Notes: generated by a model not told the origin, from the sequence alone. Shown: positions 20,822 to 31,197, counted from the first letter of the stretch. The stretch is 64,000 nt of DNA from Candidatus Micrarchaeia archaeon (GCA_038881595.1 JAVZPM010000001.1:1-64000); one strand, 5' to 3'. Numbers and translations are program-made.

Positions 20822-21870
20822 GGATTCACCACAAATGAATAATTTACATGATAAATTGAATAATTAGCATAAACTGTGTAAGAACCTGGCATGCCTGTTG
20901 CATTCCATACTTCTGAATAAGATCCAATTGAATCTACCTGAACAAGCTTTGGATAACCTGGCATACTTCCAGAAGAATTCCTTAAATCTAAAGTAATGTT
21001 AGAGTAAGGAATCCATCCTGTTGTAGTTATCTGAACTAATGGTGGCATTGAAAAGATTGTGGATGGAACTGAATATCCTGAATCTTTGTAGGTTTCAAGA
21101 AGAATATATGATACATTTGAAGTAGGTCCTCCGCATGTCTGAATATTTAAGATTATTGGAACTATAACACTATAATTAGAAGAATTGAATAAAATATTTC
21201 CTGTAAACATACCTATTGTATTTGCAGAGATATTGAATGTGATGTTCGCTTCTCTACTTTCAGTAGTTGGAATACTAAATGAATAAGAAGAGAGAGAAAC
21301 ATTAACATAAGGTGAATTGAAACTAACTTGTGCATCTACTTGTATTGCATCTTGATTATTGTTAATGATTTGAATTGTATCATTTAAATATTGCGGAGAA
21401 GATGAACTGCATAATTGTAGGGAAACAAAATATTTTGATAAAGAAAATTGAGCTATCCCAACTGAAACCGAACCACCATAGGAAGTAAATACAACTTCGT
21501 GTGATCCGGGAGTTGCGGATATCTTTCCAGTGATTGGGAAGTTTAATGGATATGACAGATCTGTTCCTTCAAAAACTATACGTAATGTATTATTAACTAT
21601 CTCTCCATCTCCTGAAATACCATTTGGAAACACTATTCTTTTAATAACTTTAGCTCCTGCTCCTTGCTGATATGCCTGTGTTGCACCATCCGCAATTTCT
21701 TTTAATGCAAGCTTTGCCTGCTCAAGTCTTTGTTGTTTATTTACAATCGATAATTGTTCATTAGCAACATAAACCACAATTGCAAAAAATATGATTGTAA
21801 ATGAAAATAAGATTATATATTCCAGTCCACCTTGGCCTTTCTTTTTATCTATTTTCAACATCAGCATCAC
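20815..21870 (-). CDS. Pilin-like protein with class III signal peptide and C-terminal Ig-like domains
   Basis: KKKG|QGGLEYIILF (Q+1, E+5). Confidence 0.78.
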   Translation of the reverse strand: MMLMLKIDKKKGQGGLEYIILFSFTIIFFAIVVYVANEQLSIVNKQQRLEQAKLALKEIADGATQAYQQGAGAKVIKRIVFPNGISGDGEIVNNTLRIVFEGTDLSYPLNFPITGKISATPGSHEVVFTSYGGSVSVGIAQFSLSKYFVSLQLCSSSSPQYLNDTIQIINNNQDAIQVDAQVSFNSPYVNVSLSSYSFSIPTTESREANITFNISANTIGMFTGNILFNSSNYSVIVPIILNIQTCGGPTSNVSYILLETYKDSGYSVPSTIFSMPPLVQITTTGWIPYSNITLDLRNSSGSMPGYPKLVQVDSIGSYSEVWNATGMPGSYTVYANYSIYHVNYSFVVNPC

Positions 21871-21906
21871 TCATCTATTTTTTTAAATTCCATTAGCTTT
21901 TAATGA

Positions 21907-23235
21907 TTAAAGTTTTCTTTCCGAAGAGCCAAAAAATAATCTCTCATTTGGGTAGATAACTATTCCTCTATTTGTAAATGCAAATGGTCTTGCAACCTCT
22001 GTATGATTTACACCTGTCATCTTCCATATTTCTATACCTCTAATCTGAACCCCTTCTGATGATCTCTTATGGATCATATAAACTATTCCATCAGCAAGAA
22101 ACTCTGCCACTGCTGTAGACGGATTAGAAGGAAGATCAGAAGACCATTCATTGAGAAGTAAGGTAGTCACATTAAATTTCTTAAATACACTGAAAAGCCT
22201 TACTAATGCCAATCTTGCCTTGTACGGATCATTGAATTGCATGAGATAGGGAGTTATTGTATCAACAACTACTCTCTTGATATTGTAGCTTGTTATTATG
22301 TCATATAGAGTTCCACCTTCCTCTTGCATGATCTTTGCAACTTCATGAGGTTGGTATTCTAAAAAGAAGAAAAGATTTTTGTCCTCAAGTTTTTGAAAAT
22401 CCATTCCAAAATTTAGCATTCTAGAATATATGGTTTCTCTTGATTCTCCGAAACTTATGAAGAGGCCTGCCTCTCCATTTTTTGCTGCCTCGTACAGAAA
22501 TTGTAAGCCAAAAATTGTTTTTCCACTTCCCGCATTACCATTGATCAGCACAACTGATCTCTCTTCTATTCCTCCTCCGCACATCTCATCAAAGCCAGGA
22601 ATTCCTGTTTTTATTAATTTTGGTTTTTCTGCTTCAACTCGAGGCTTCTTTATTGTTGCTAATGTTTTTATTGTTTGAATATCTGTTTCTGGAACTCCAT
22701 AACTGACTTTCTTAATCTCTTTTTCTAACTTTGCAACCTTTTTTTCTTCATTTTTAGAAGGGACTGATTCATGTAAAATTGATTTTATTTCAGCATTTTC
22801 TTTAAATTCTGATTTTGGTGTAATTATGTGTTCGATATGTGGTTCCTTTTCCGCAATTTTTCTTTTTTGGGGTGCGTATTCTATCTCTTTTATTTCTTCC
22901 AGTATTTTCTCAATTGCTTCTTTGTGTGACTTTATCTCTTCTTCTTTTTTAACATTTTTAATTGTCTTTGATTTCTTCTTCATCTTCAATGACTTAGTTG
23001 GCTTTTGATTGATTGATTGTTTTTTATTTTTCTTTGTTTTTTCTACTTTCTTTTTGATTTCACTATTTTGTTTTAAATTTTTCTTTATTTTTCCAAAAAA
23101 GTTAGATTTAGTTTTTGAAGTTTTAGTCTTATCTTCTTTTTGCCTAGTCTTGCCTACTCTTTTTTTATCCTCTTTTTTCTTAGGAATATTGAACAAATTT
23201 AAATTCAAATTAAGGCCTTCTTTTTTCTTAGTCAT
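21907..23235 (-). CDS. Single-domain KaiC/RAD55-like ATPase with long Lys-rich N-terminal extension
   Basis: IKTGIPGFDEMCGGG, Walker A GNAGSGKT, RVVVDT, EFLADGI, RGIEIWKMTG. Confidence 0.88.
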   Translation of the reverse strand: MTKKKEGLNLNLNLFNIPKKKEDKKRVGKTRQKEDKTKTSKTKSNFFGKIKKNLKQNSEIKKKVEKTKKNKKQSINQKPTKSLKMKKKSKTIKNVKKEEEIKSHKEAIEKILEEIKEIEYAPQKRKIAEKEPHIEHIITPKSEFKENAEIKSILHESVPSKNEEKKVAKLEKEIKKVSYGVPETDIQTIKTLATIKKPRVEAEKPKLIKTGIPGFDEMCGGGIEERSVVLINGNAGSGKTIFGLQFLYEAAKNGEAGLFISFGESRETIYSRMLNFGMDFQKLEDKNLFFFLEYQPHEVAKIMQEEGGTLYDIITSYNIKRVVVDTITPYLMQFNDPYKARLALVRLFSVFKKFNVTTLLLNEWSSDLPSNPSTAVAEFLADGIVYMIHKRSSEGVQIRGIEIWKMTGVNHTEVARPFAFTNRGIVIYPNERLFFGSSERKL

Positions 23236-23347
23236 ATTATGAATTTAATATGTAGATTTAAAAATCTAATTTAAATAGGCGTTTATAGAAAAAGATGAAT
23301 AAGATAGAAAAAATAGGAAAAAGAATTAATTATAATAAAGAAAATAT

Positions 23348-23665
23348 TTATTCTTTGGAAACGGATTCAATCCAAGCCATTATCTGGGGAAGAGACATTA
23401 CTCCGATTCTTCCACTTACCGGCTTTCCATCTTTGAAAAGCACCATTGTTGGAATACTTGATACTCCAAATAAAGCTGCTAATGATTGATTCTCATCTAC
23501 ATTCACTTTTATAACTTTTACCTTACCTGTTTTGTCAACTTCTTCAAGTATAGGGGCTAACATTCTGCATGGACCACACCATGGAGCCCAAAAATCAACA
23601 AGAACCATTCCTTTTGATTTCATTACTTCTTCTTCGAAGTTTTGTTCGTTTATTTCTTTTGGCAT
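23348..23665 (-). CDS. trxA: Thioredoxin
   Basis: VDFWAPWCGPC; SIPT cis-Pro loop. Confidence 0.96.
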   Translation of the reverse strand: MPKEINEQNFEEEVMKSKGMVLVDFWAPWCGPCRMLAPILEEVDKTGKVKVIKVNVDENQSLAALFGVSSIPTMVLFKDGKPVSGRIGVMSLPQIMAWIESVSKE

Positions 23666-23805
23666 TATCCCACCTATTTAAAATAAAGTAAGTAATAATG
23701 GTGCATAAAGTATCATAAAGCTTTGCTCAAAAACGAAAAATGAGATTGTTACATTGCAAAAATAGAAATAAAAATATAAATGGCTTATTGAAATTGATTT
23801 AAAAT

Positions 23806-24189
23806 TTAGGAAACTATCTTTGCATTTACAACTCCATCCTGACCAGGTCTACTTGTTACTTTTGCTTTTCCTACTTCTGTTTCTATTATAACTCCCTTAG
23901 TTATTATGTTCATTCTCTTGTAGTTTGGATTATTTGGAGAATCAAGTACTGATTTTATCTTTGCTCTTTTAATCTTGCCATCAGGCATTACGACATTTGC
24001 ATATGCTGCATAAAGAGCGACTATTTTCTTAGATCCTCCTCTTTTTCTTGCCTTTACTCTTACATCTGTATCACTGACTTTTGTTGATGCAAAGTGTCCT
24101 CCATAATGTGCAAGTTTCTTATCTCTATGTCTTGCAAATTTTGCACCTGTTTTTTTCTTAGTTTGTTTTGCTTCATGATACTGTTGCAT
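23806..24189 (-). CDS. rps8e: 30S ribosomal protein S8e
   Basis: RKRGG, NIITKGVII, AKVTSRPGQDGVVNA; AGGTGA SD before ATG 24189. Confidence 0.95.
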   Translation of the reverse strand: MQQYHEAKQTKKKTGAKFARHRDKKLAHYGGHFASTKVSDTDVRVKARKRGGSKKIVALYAAYANVVMPDGKIKRAKIKSVLDSPNNPNYKRMNIITKGVIIETEVGKAKVTSRPGQDGVVNAKIVS

Positions 24190-24360
24190 ATATTTCACCT
24201 ATTTAAATGTAAATTAAGAAACTATGAGATTCAAATACAGAATCGTTAAATGATTTCTATTTAAATCTAGTTTATAGATTACTACAGATTAATTAAATAT
24301 ATATGCTATACTTTAAATGCTTTTCCTTTTATTCTTTTTTATCTATTAATTTTTTAGTAG

Positions 24361-24789
24361 GTGAATAAATTGGAAAAAATGGATATAGAGCTATTTGCTT
24401 CATCAAGTGATTTAAATAAAGAAAAAATTCTAGAATATTCAAGAAAATACAAATTCCAAGTGTTTGACTTAGATTCCGTAGTAAGCAGATTCCAACTAAA
24501 ACTTGCTTATTATCATGCAATGACTGCGTTTAAGGAAAAAAGAAATATTACAAATGATTTTATGTTAGAGTGGCTAGTTAGAGCATCTGGAAAAAGGCAG
24601 ATAAAAAATGCTATAAATTACTTAGGGTTGAAAAATCCAAAGAGAATAGTAATAGGATTTGATAGAAGTAAAACAGATATTAAAAAAGAAAAAATTCTTC
24701 AATTAATTAAAGGAAAAGAAATTGAATGGAAAGACAAAGACGATTTAAAAACAATAAGAGATATGGTCGAATTAGAAACAGAGGAATAA
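24361..24789 (+). CDS. cgi121: KEOPS complex subunit Cgi121
   Basis: AYYHAMTAF...NITNDFMLEWLVRASGKRQIKNAINYLGLK. Confidence 0.82.
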   Translation: MNKLEKMDIELFASSSDLNKEKILEYSRKYKFQVFDLDSVVSRFQLKLAYYHAMTAFKEKRNITNDFMLEWLVRASGKRQIKNAINYLGLKNPKRIVIGFDRSKTDIKKEKILQLIKGKEIEWKDKDDLKTIRDMVELETEE

Positions 24790-24790
24790 A

Positions 24791-25534
24791 TTATCTTTTC
24801 AACAAAGTTAATGCATCTTTTTTGTTAAAAGAGATAGGAGCATCTATTGTCTTAAGTATATAATCCATCATTTCTACACCTATAGAAGGATCTATTTCTG
24901 AAAATCTTAAAGCAGCTACAGGATCTGCAGTTTTATCTAAAAGAAGATATAAATACAAACCTTCTCGTCCATATTGATTAAAGATTTTAAATCCGACAGA
25001 ACCATACTTTTTCTTAATCTCTTCTGGCCCCATTTTGATGAATGTGGCGCTTTTCTTCTCTGCTAAAACCCACATTAGATTGTCGACATAATTGAGACCA
25101 GAAAAGGTATTAACAGCTAATTCAAGAACATCCACCTTTCCATCAATCATTTCATAAATCTTCTTTGCAGTTGGACCGAATTTAATAGTTAGCTCTGATA
25201 TCAATGCGACAGAAGAAATGTTATCAAGCGGCACTTTCTTAGGTATGTCAACAAAAACAATTTCTTTAGATTTTATTTCTTCAATCTCTGTCTTTTTCTC
25301 TTCGGGTTCTTCTAAATAAATGTACTTCCCTTTTAGTTTGTCTATTATTTCATAAACTTTTTCTTCTTGCATTGAAAGCTCTTTAGCAATTTCACTAACT
25401 GTGAGCTTTTTGTTTGCGAGTCTAAAAATTAAAACTGCATCCGAACCATAATCTAAGTATATAGCTCTTTCAAGATCTGAAAGTGACTGTACATTAATAT
25501 TTAATTCTTTATTGCTTCCCAAGCCTTGATCCAT
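24791..25534 (-). CDS. Hypothetical protein with repeated winged-helix-like units
   Basis: Three similar units: YGSDAVLIFRLA..TVSEIAKELSM, FGPTAKKIYEMIDGKVDVLELA, YGREGLYLYLLLDK. Confidence 0.6.
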   Translation of the reverse strand: MDQGLGSNKELNINVQSLSDLERAIYLDYGSDAVLIFRLANKKLTVSEIAKELSMQEEKVYEIIDKLKGKYIYLEEPEEKKTEIEEIKSKEIVFVDIPKKVPLDNISSVALISELTIKFGPTAKKIYEMIDGKVDVLELAVNTFSGLNYVDNLMWVLAEKKSATFIKMGPEEIKKKYGSVGFKIFNQYGREGLYLYLLLDKTADPVAALRFSEIDPSIGVEMMDYILKTIDAPISFNKKDALTLLKR

Positions 25535-25687
25535 AAAATCACAAATCACAATACAAACTTGTTATATGATATAATTCATCAAATTAATATGTTTTAAAAT
25601 TAACATTTAAATTATTATGTGTATAACTATTGTTAGTTATAATTAGATATGATTGTTTTTCTTCAACATCATCAAATAGGCGATAAA

Positions 25688-25909
25688 ATGGAAAACGTTG
25701 ATCTTAATGAAGAATACATAACAACAGGAATAGATAAATTCATGCGTTTACTTTACGAAAGGAAAAGAGTTGAAATATCACAAATAGCTAAGGAAATGAA
25801 TGTGCCAGAAGAAACAATTGAATATTGGTCATATATTCTTGAAAATCAAGGTTTAGTAAAAATTAGCTATACTCTCGCTTCAATATATATAGAATGGATC
25901 TCAGGCTAA
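25688..25909 (+). CDS. Small winged-helix-like protein heading the pilus ATPase operon
   Basis: TGIDKFMRLL...VEISQIAKEMNVPEETIEYWSYILENQGLVKISY HTH pattern. Confidence 0.65.
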   Translation: MENVDLNEEYITTGIDKFMRLLYERKRVEISQIAKEMNVPEETIEYWSYILENQGLVKISYTLASIYIEWISG

Positions 25910-25936
25910 CTATATTAACCACTCATTGGTGATTAA

Positions 25937-27547
25937 TTGAACGACAAGAATGAAAATAGAGAAGAACTTGAACTTATGAAAAAAGCGCTTGAAGAAAGGA
26001 GAGAGGAAAAAGTAGAGAAGATAAAAGAACATAAAAATGAAACAAGAGAAGAAAAGAAAAAAGAAATAGAAGAAAAAATACTTGAAAGATATTCTTTTGA
26101 TGCACAAGGTATACCTGTAGAAGTAACGATCATAGATTCGAAGAAGTATTACACTCCACAATACAATATTCAAATCCCACTAATTGCGGAAGGAACTAAA
26201 CTCATCCTTAATGCCTTGAAAGCAGAACTCATAACAAAAGTTAAGATAGACATTGCAATGCTTACAGACCAAAGGCAAATGAAAGATATTCAAGCAAAAT
26301 TCGAAGTTAAGGCTAATGAATTACTTGACAGACAATTCTCTGGCTTAACACCAGAAAAAAGAAAGGTTCTCTCATCGTACTTAATCCAGCATACGCTTGG
26401 ATTAGGGGAGCTTGAAATATTAATGTCTGATGAAAACCTTGAGGATATTGTAATAAACAGTCCTGCAGAACCAATTCAAGTCTATCATAAAAGGCATGGC
26501 TGGTGTTCAACAAATCTTTGGATAAGAAGAGATGATACTGTTTATGAATATGCATCTAATATAGGTAGGAGAGTTGGGAGACAAATAAATGTATTAAATC
26601 CTATAATGAATGCATATCTCCCAAGCGGGGATAGAGTAAATGCAACTCTTAGCCCCATCTCCACATTTGGAAACACACTTTCGATAAGAAAATTTGCAAA
26701 GAACCCATGGACTATTCCGTATCTTATTCAAGTAAAAACTGTAACTCCAGAGGTTGCGTCCCTATTATGGCTTTGCATACAGAACGAAATCTCATTAATA
26801 AGCAGCGGTGGTACTGGATCTGGTAAAACTTCTTTTCTTAACGCTCTTGCATGTATGATACCTCCAAACCAGAGAATAATTTCGATAGAGGATACTAGAG
26901 AACTTACACTTCCAGACTTCCTACATTGGGTGGCTATGACTACTAGGGAACCAAATCCTGAAGGTAAGGGAGAAGTCACTATGCTAGATTTAATGATTAA
27001 TGCATTGAGACAAAGACCAGATAGAATTATAGTAGGTGAAGTAAGAAGACAAAGGGAGGCTGAAGTACTTTTTGAAGCTATGCATACTGGACACTCAGTA
27101 TATGCAACCATACATGCAGACAATGCAGAAGAATGTGTAAATAGATTAATTACTCCTCCAATAAATATTCCTCAAAGTTCTCTACCTGCGCTTGGAGGAA
27201 TAGTGACACAATACAGAAATAGAAGAACTGGTATAAGAAGGACGTTTGAATTTGCAGAAATAACGAATGAAGGAAAAGCAAACGTAGTTTATAGATGGGA
27301 TCCGAGAACAGACACAATGAAAGAAGAGAATGCAATAACTAGACTTGGAGAAACGCTCGCACTTTACACAGGAATGACTGTTAAAGAAATGAAGATGGAT
27401 CTATTAGACAAGACAAAAATACTTAAATGGATGGTTGCAAAGAAATATTTCGACATAAATACAGTAGGAAGGATAACTGCAGAATACTATAAAAATAGTG
27501 ATGAAATAATAGAATATGCAACTTCAAATAAAGATTGGTCGTTTTAA
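25937..27547 (+). CDS. Type IV pilus assembly ATPase (TadA/VirB11/ArlI family)
   Basis: GGTGSGKTS, SIEDTREL, LRQRPDRIIVGEVR, MHTGH...TIHA; GGTGA SD before TTG. Confidence 0.93.
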   Translation: MNDKNENREELELMKKALEERREEKVEKIKEHKNETREEKKKEIEEKILERYSFDAQGIPVEVTIIDSKKYYTPQYNIQIPLIAEGTKLILNALKAELITKVKIDIAMLTDQRQMKDIQAKFEVKANELLDRQFSGLTPEKRKVLSSYLIQHTLGLGELEILMSDENLEDIVINSPAEPIQVYHKRHGWCSTNLWIRRDDTVYEYASNIGRRVGRQINVLNPIMNAYLPSGDRVNATLSPISTFGNTLSIRKFAKNPWTIPYLIQVKTVTPEVASLLWLCIQNEISLISSGGTGSGKTSFLNALACMIPPNQRIISIEDTRELTLPDFLHWVAMTTREPNPEGKGEVTMLDLMINALRQRPDRIIVGEVRRQREAEVLFEAMHTGHSVYATIHADNAEECVNRLITPPINIPQSSLPALGGIVTQYRNRRTGIRRTFEFAEITNEGKANVVYRWDPRTDTMKEENAITRLGETLALYTGMTVKEMKMDLLDKTKILKWMVAKKYFDINTVGRITAEYYKNSDEIIEYATSNKDWSF

Positions 27548-27569
27548 ATATAATTAACAATGTGGTAAA

Positions 27570-27773
27570 ATGACTGGAGAAATAACAACTATACGAAAAA
27601 GTTTTACAGATACTATTAATGAAATAAAAGAAATGGAAAAACATAAAAAAGAAATACTACCAAAACAAATAGATGAAGAAGAAGAGGCAGTTGAGATCTT
27701 AACTATGGATTATGGAGAGGCTATTTCTGAGCTTAGAAGACTTTATTTAATAAAACGTCTTACAAAGAAATAA
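27570..27773 (+). CDS. Small hypothetical protein in the pilus operon
   Basis: 67-aa charged ORF filling the gap between the ATPase and platform genes. Confidence 0.55.
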   Translation: MTGEITTIRKSFTDTINEIKEMEKHKKEILPKQIDEEEEAVEILTMDYGEAISELRRLYLIKRLTKK

Positions 27774-27833
27774 TTATAAAATAAACGATATATACTTATA
27801 TACTAATGATTGGAATCGAAAAGGAGTGAAGAA

Positions 27834-28718
27834 ATGGAGGAAATAAAGATTGAAAGTGAACCTAAAATTAAAGCAGAACAAGGCATTAAGCAAAGAGATC
27901 TTAAGGCTAACTTAATAAATTACACTAAATCTAAATTTCCTTGGTTAGAAAAAAAGATGAGAGAAGCAGGAATGACACAAACTGTGGATGAATTTGTTGA
28001 GAAATCATTGATAAAGGCTGGATTGCTCACTATCTCACTTATAATACTCACTTACATACTTTTCATGCTCCAGTCAGTTAATATTTTACTTCTCATTCCT
28101 ATTGCAATAATATATATTCCACTTTCAGTGTTCTTATTTATTCAGCAACCAAAGGCATTGGCTTCAAGAAGAAGAAGAATGATAGATAAGGAGCTTCTCT
28201 TTGCAGGAAGGCATATGTGGATTGCATTGAAGGGAGGGTTGCCTTTATTTGACTCTATTGTTGCAATATCAAAAAGCAATTATGGAGAAGTCAGCAAGGA
28301 GTTCAACAAAATAGCTGAGAAAGTTTTCCTTGGTGTGCCTTTAGATACTGCAATGCAAGAGACAATAGAGGACTGCCCTTCTCAATCATTCAAAAGACTA
28401 ATTTTGCAGATAGTTAACTCTGTGAGATCAGGAGCAGATGTGGCAAATTCATTAGAAACTGTTTTAGACCAGATATCTAAAGAACAGGTAATAGAGATAA
28501 AGGAGTACGGACAGAAATTGAATCCATTAGTAATGTTTTATTTAGTTATGGGAATAATCTTCCCATCGTTAGGTATAAGTATAGGTATATTGTTATTATC
28601 ATTTGCAGGTATAAAATTGACAGGTATAAATGTATGGGCATTGGTTCCTTTAATTGCAATAGTACAATATGCTTTCCTCTCATATATTGAATTAAGTAGA
28701 CCAAGCTACGAGGTTTGA
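27834..28718 (+). CDS. Type II secretion system F-family (TadB/TadC-like) membrane platform protein
   Basis: TM hairpin, IDKELLFA, YGEVSKEF, SVRSGADVANSL, three C-terminal TMs; SD AGGAGTGA before ATG 27834. Confidence 0.88.
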   Translation: MEEIKIESEPKIKAEQGIKQRDLKANLINYTKSKFPWLEKKMREAGMTQTVDEFVEKSLIKAGLLTISLIILTYILFMLQSVNILLLIPIAIIYIPLSVFLFIQQPKALASRRRRMIDKELLFAGRHMWIALKGGLPLFDSIVAISKSNYGEVSKEFNKIAEKVFLGVPLDTAMQETIEDCPSQSFKRLILQIVNSVRSGADVANSLETVLDQISKEQVIEIKEYGQKLNPLVMFYLVMGIIFPSLGISIGILLLSFAGIKLTGINVWALVPLIAIVQYAFLSYIELSRPSYEV

Positions 28719-28722
28719 ATGT

Positions 28723-29718
28723 ATGCTTCCACTAGAAAAACAAATAGAGGCTTTAGGTAGATTGCTTCAAAGAGATAATGTAAAAAAGATAGGAAAAAAA
28801 ATTTCTGAAGCCGGAATAGAACTCGATCCTGAATATGCTGCAGGTTTGCTTATAATTTATTTTGTATTTTCACTAATTTTCTCATTCATGGTTTCTTACC
28901 TTGTTTTCAAAAATATAATACTTTTACTAATTTCATTTATTGTTATAAACATAATTCTTCTTGGTTTAATATATCAGTATATCGAGTTAAAGATAGATGA
29001 AAGAAGAACAGAAGTTGAAAAAGTGCTTCCGGATTTCTTGCAACTTGCTGCAGCAAATGTAAGAGCAGGCATGCAAATAGAAAAGGCTATTTGGTACGCT
29101 GCAAAGCCTGAGTTTGGACTTCTGTCAAAAGAAGTAGAGATCGCTTCTAAAAGAATATTTGGAGGAGAAACGATCAATGAGGCGCTTGACAAGCTTTCCG
29201 AAAGATTTAATTCTAGATATCTTGATAGGTCAATAGAACTTATAAAGGAAGGAATAGAATCTGGTGGAGAAATAGCAGGAATACTTGAAAAAACAGCAAT
29301 GGATCTTAGAAATCAACAAATAATACATAAAGAAGTAAGAGCATCTATGATCATGTATTCTATCTTCATAGGATTTAGTGCTGCAGTTGGTGCACCTTTC
29401 TTATATGTGGTTTCAAGTAAGCTCATAAATCTATTTGAAAAGCTCTGGGTCAGCCAACCTACAACTGGAATCGCACTCAGCCAATACTCTCAGATTAATC
29501 CAACCTCACCTGCAATTACTTCTGCGGAGTTCAATCTCTTCGCTATAATAGTTGTAATAATAACCAGTATTATAGCTACATTAATAATATCAGTTATAAA
29601 TACTGGAAAGAAATCAAACTTTATAAAATACATCCTTCCTTTTCTAATTGTTTCTCTCGGAGTATTTTATGTTGGAAGATTCATAATAGACAGAATTTTC
29701 GGTGGAATATCTTTATAA
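28723..29718 (+). CDS. Type II secretion system F-family (TadB/TadC-like) membrane platform protein
   Basis: VEKVLPDFLQLAAANVRAGM, EFGLLSKE, ESGGEIAGIL. Confidence 0.9.
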   Translation: MLPLEKQIEALGRLLQRDNVKKIGKKISEAGIELDPEYAAGLLIIYFVFSLIFSFMVSYLVFKNIILLLISFIVINIILLGLIYQYIELKIDERRTEVEKVLPDFLQLAAANVRAGMQIEKAIWYAAKPEFGLLSKEVEIASKRIFGGETINEALDKLSERFNSRYLDRSIELIKEGIESGGEIAGILEKTAMDLRNQQIIHKEVRASMIMYSIFIGFSAAVGAPFLYVVSSKLINLFEKLWVSQPTTGIALSQYSQINPTSPAITSAEFNLFAIIVVIITSIIATLIISVINTGKKSNFIKYILPFLIVSLGVFYVGRFIIDRIFGGISL

Positions 29719-29818
29719 GCTAAAATTGTCTTTACTTTAAAATTAAAATTATCGTTTATAGAAAATTATAAATATTTGATTTGGTTATTTATTCTTAACT
29801 AAATGTTAAAGTGGGAAT

Positions 29819-30310
29819 ATGGAGTATAAAGAAAAGATTAATTCAGGTATAACTATTAAAATAACAAAATCTAATACTAAACCTACTTTTAAATTTGAAG
29901 GAAAATCAGAGCCAATAATGGTTGTTAAAAGAGGTGATGAAGAAATCCATGTCAGAATAGGTGACACTGTAAAAATTGGGCCAGGAATATATAGAATAAT
30001 CGAATATATCCCGATAAAAGAATGGAAAAATGAAATAACCGGTTCAAATTTTAATGCATCTGTCAAATGCAAACTTATAGGAGGAAGATTATTTTACGAT
30101 TTGAAAAGGGTTTCTTATTATGATAAAAATACCCGTGAAACATTTATAGAATTGACACCAGAAACATTGAGTTATTTCATAATCTCAATACAAGAAAAAG
30201 CGGAAATAATGCGAAAGAAAAGAGAGGAACTTGCAAAGAAATTAGATGAATTAAATAAAAGAAAACAAATGAATATTCATTCAGAAGAAATAGAGGAAAA
30301 AAATCAATAA
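29819..30310 (+). CDS. Hypothetical protein
   Basis: 163-codon ORF with C-terminal coiled coil; no family recognised. Confidence 0.55.
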   Translation: MEYKEKINSGITIKITKSNTKPTFKFEGKSEPIMVVKRGDEEIHVRIGDTVKIGPGIYRIIEYIPIKEWKNEITGSNFNASVKCKLIGGRLFYDLKRVSYYDKNTRETFIELTPETLSYFIISIQEKAEIMRKKREELAKKLDELNKRKQMNIHSEEIEEKNQ

Positions 30311-30447
30311 TATGATTTAAAATAAAAAGTAATAGTGGCATTAATAGGCAAAAATAGGCGACCAGTGTATTGGAATTGAAAAATGGTTAAATTTAAAAGC
30401 ATTAGATTTAAGATATTCATGGGGGCAGATTCAAAACAGGTGTATTC

Positions 30448-31197
30448 ATGGCGACCAAAAATTTTATAAATGACGATGAAATAGATATCGAATTTAATCC
30501 TTCATCAATAGAACAGATAGAGGAATTAGTGAACAAGCCAACATGGAGAGAAATGCTCCTTGAAATAGTTGATTCGAATAACCTTGACCCTTGGAATATT
30601 GATATCTCTGTAGTTACAAACAGTTATATAGAAAAAATAAGAAAGATGAAAATTGATGACCTACATATTCCTGCTAATGTTATTCTTGCGGCATCTATAC
30701 TTTTAAGATTTAAAGCACAGACATTCCAATTTGAAGAAACTGAACCTCCAATAGAAGAGGTGTATATTGAGGAAGGAATTGAATCTGCACCTTTAGAGAT
30801 GATCCAACTAAGAATGAGAATGCAACCAAAAAGGGCAATAACGCTTCCTGATTTAATAAGCGCTCTTGAAGATGCAATAAAAATAGAAGTAAAAAGAGAA
30901 AAAGAAAGAATTGTTTTACCTACAGTACTTGAATTCAAACCACCTGAGTACGATATTGAAAAAGAAACTAAAAATGTGTACGAATATATATCTAAATACT
31001 GTGATGAAAACGGAATGATTTTATTTTCTGAATTACTTAAACTAATGAACAAAAAAGGACCGAAAGAAACAGTCCTTACACTCTTACCTTTATTACACCT
31101 TTGCCAAAAAAACAAAATTACAGTTGATCAAGAAGAATTTTTTGGAGATATAATCATACAGAAATTAGATCCTAATCTAGAATTTGAAGAAGAATAA
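30448..31197 (+). CDS. scpA: Segregation/condensation kleisin ScpA
   Basis: LDPWNIDI, ANVILAASILLRFKA, LLPLLHL...QEEFFGDI. Confidence 0.88.
   Translation: MATKNFINDDEIDIEFNPSSIEQIEELVNKPTWREMLLEIVDSNNLDPWNIDISVVTNSYIEKIRKMKIDDLHIPANVILAASILLRFKAQTFQFEETEPPIEEVYIEEGIESAPLEMIQLRMRMQPKRAITLPDLISALEDAIKIEVKREKERIVLPTVLEFKPPEYDIEKETKNVYEYISKYCDENGMILFSELLKLMNKKGPKETVLTLLPLLHLCQKNKITVDQEEFFGDIIIQKLDPNLEFEEE

Noticed and set aside
23253..23268. TAGATTT-AA-AAATCTA palindrome upstream of the KaiC-like gene
   Set aside because: Centred on a TATA-like element; similar TTTAAATCT contexts recur in other intergenic regions, so it is probably promoter symmetry.
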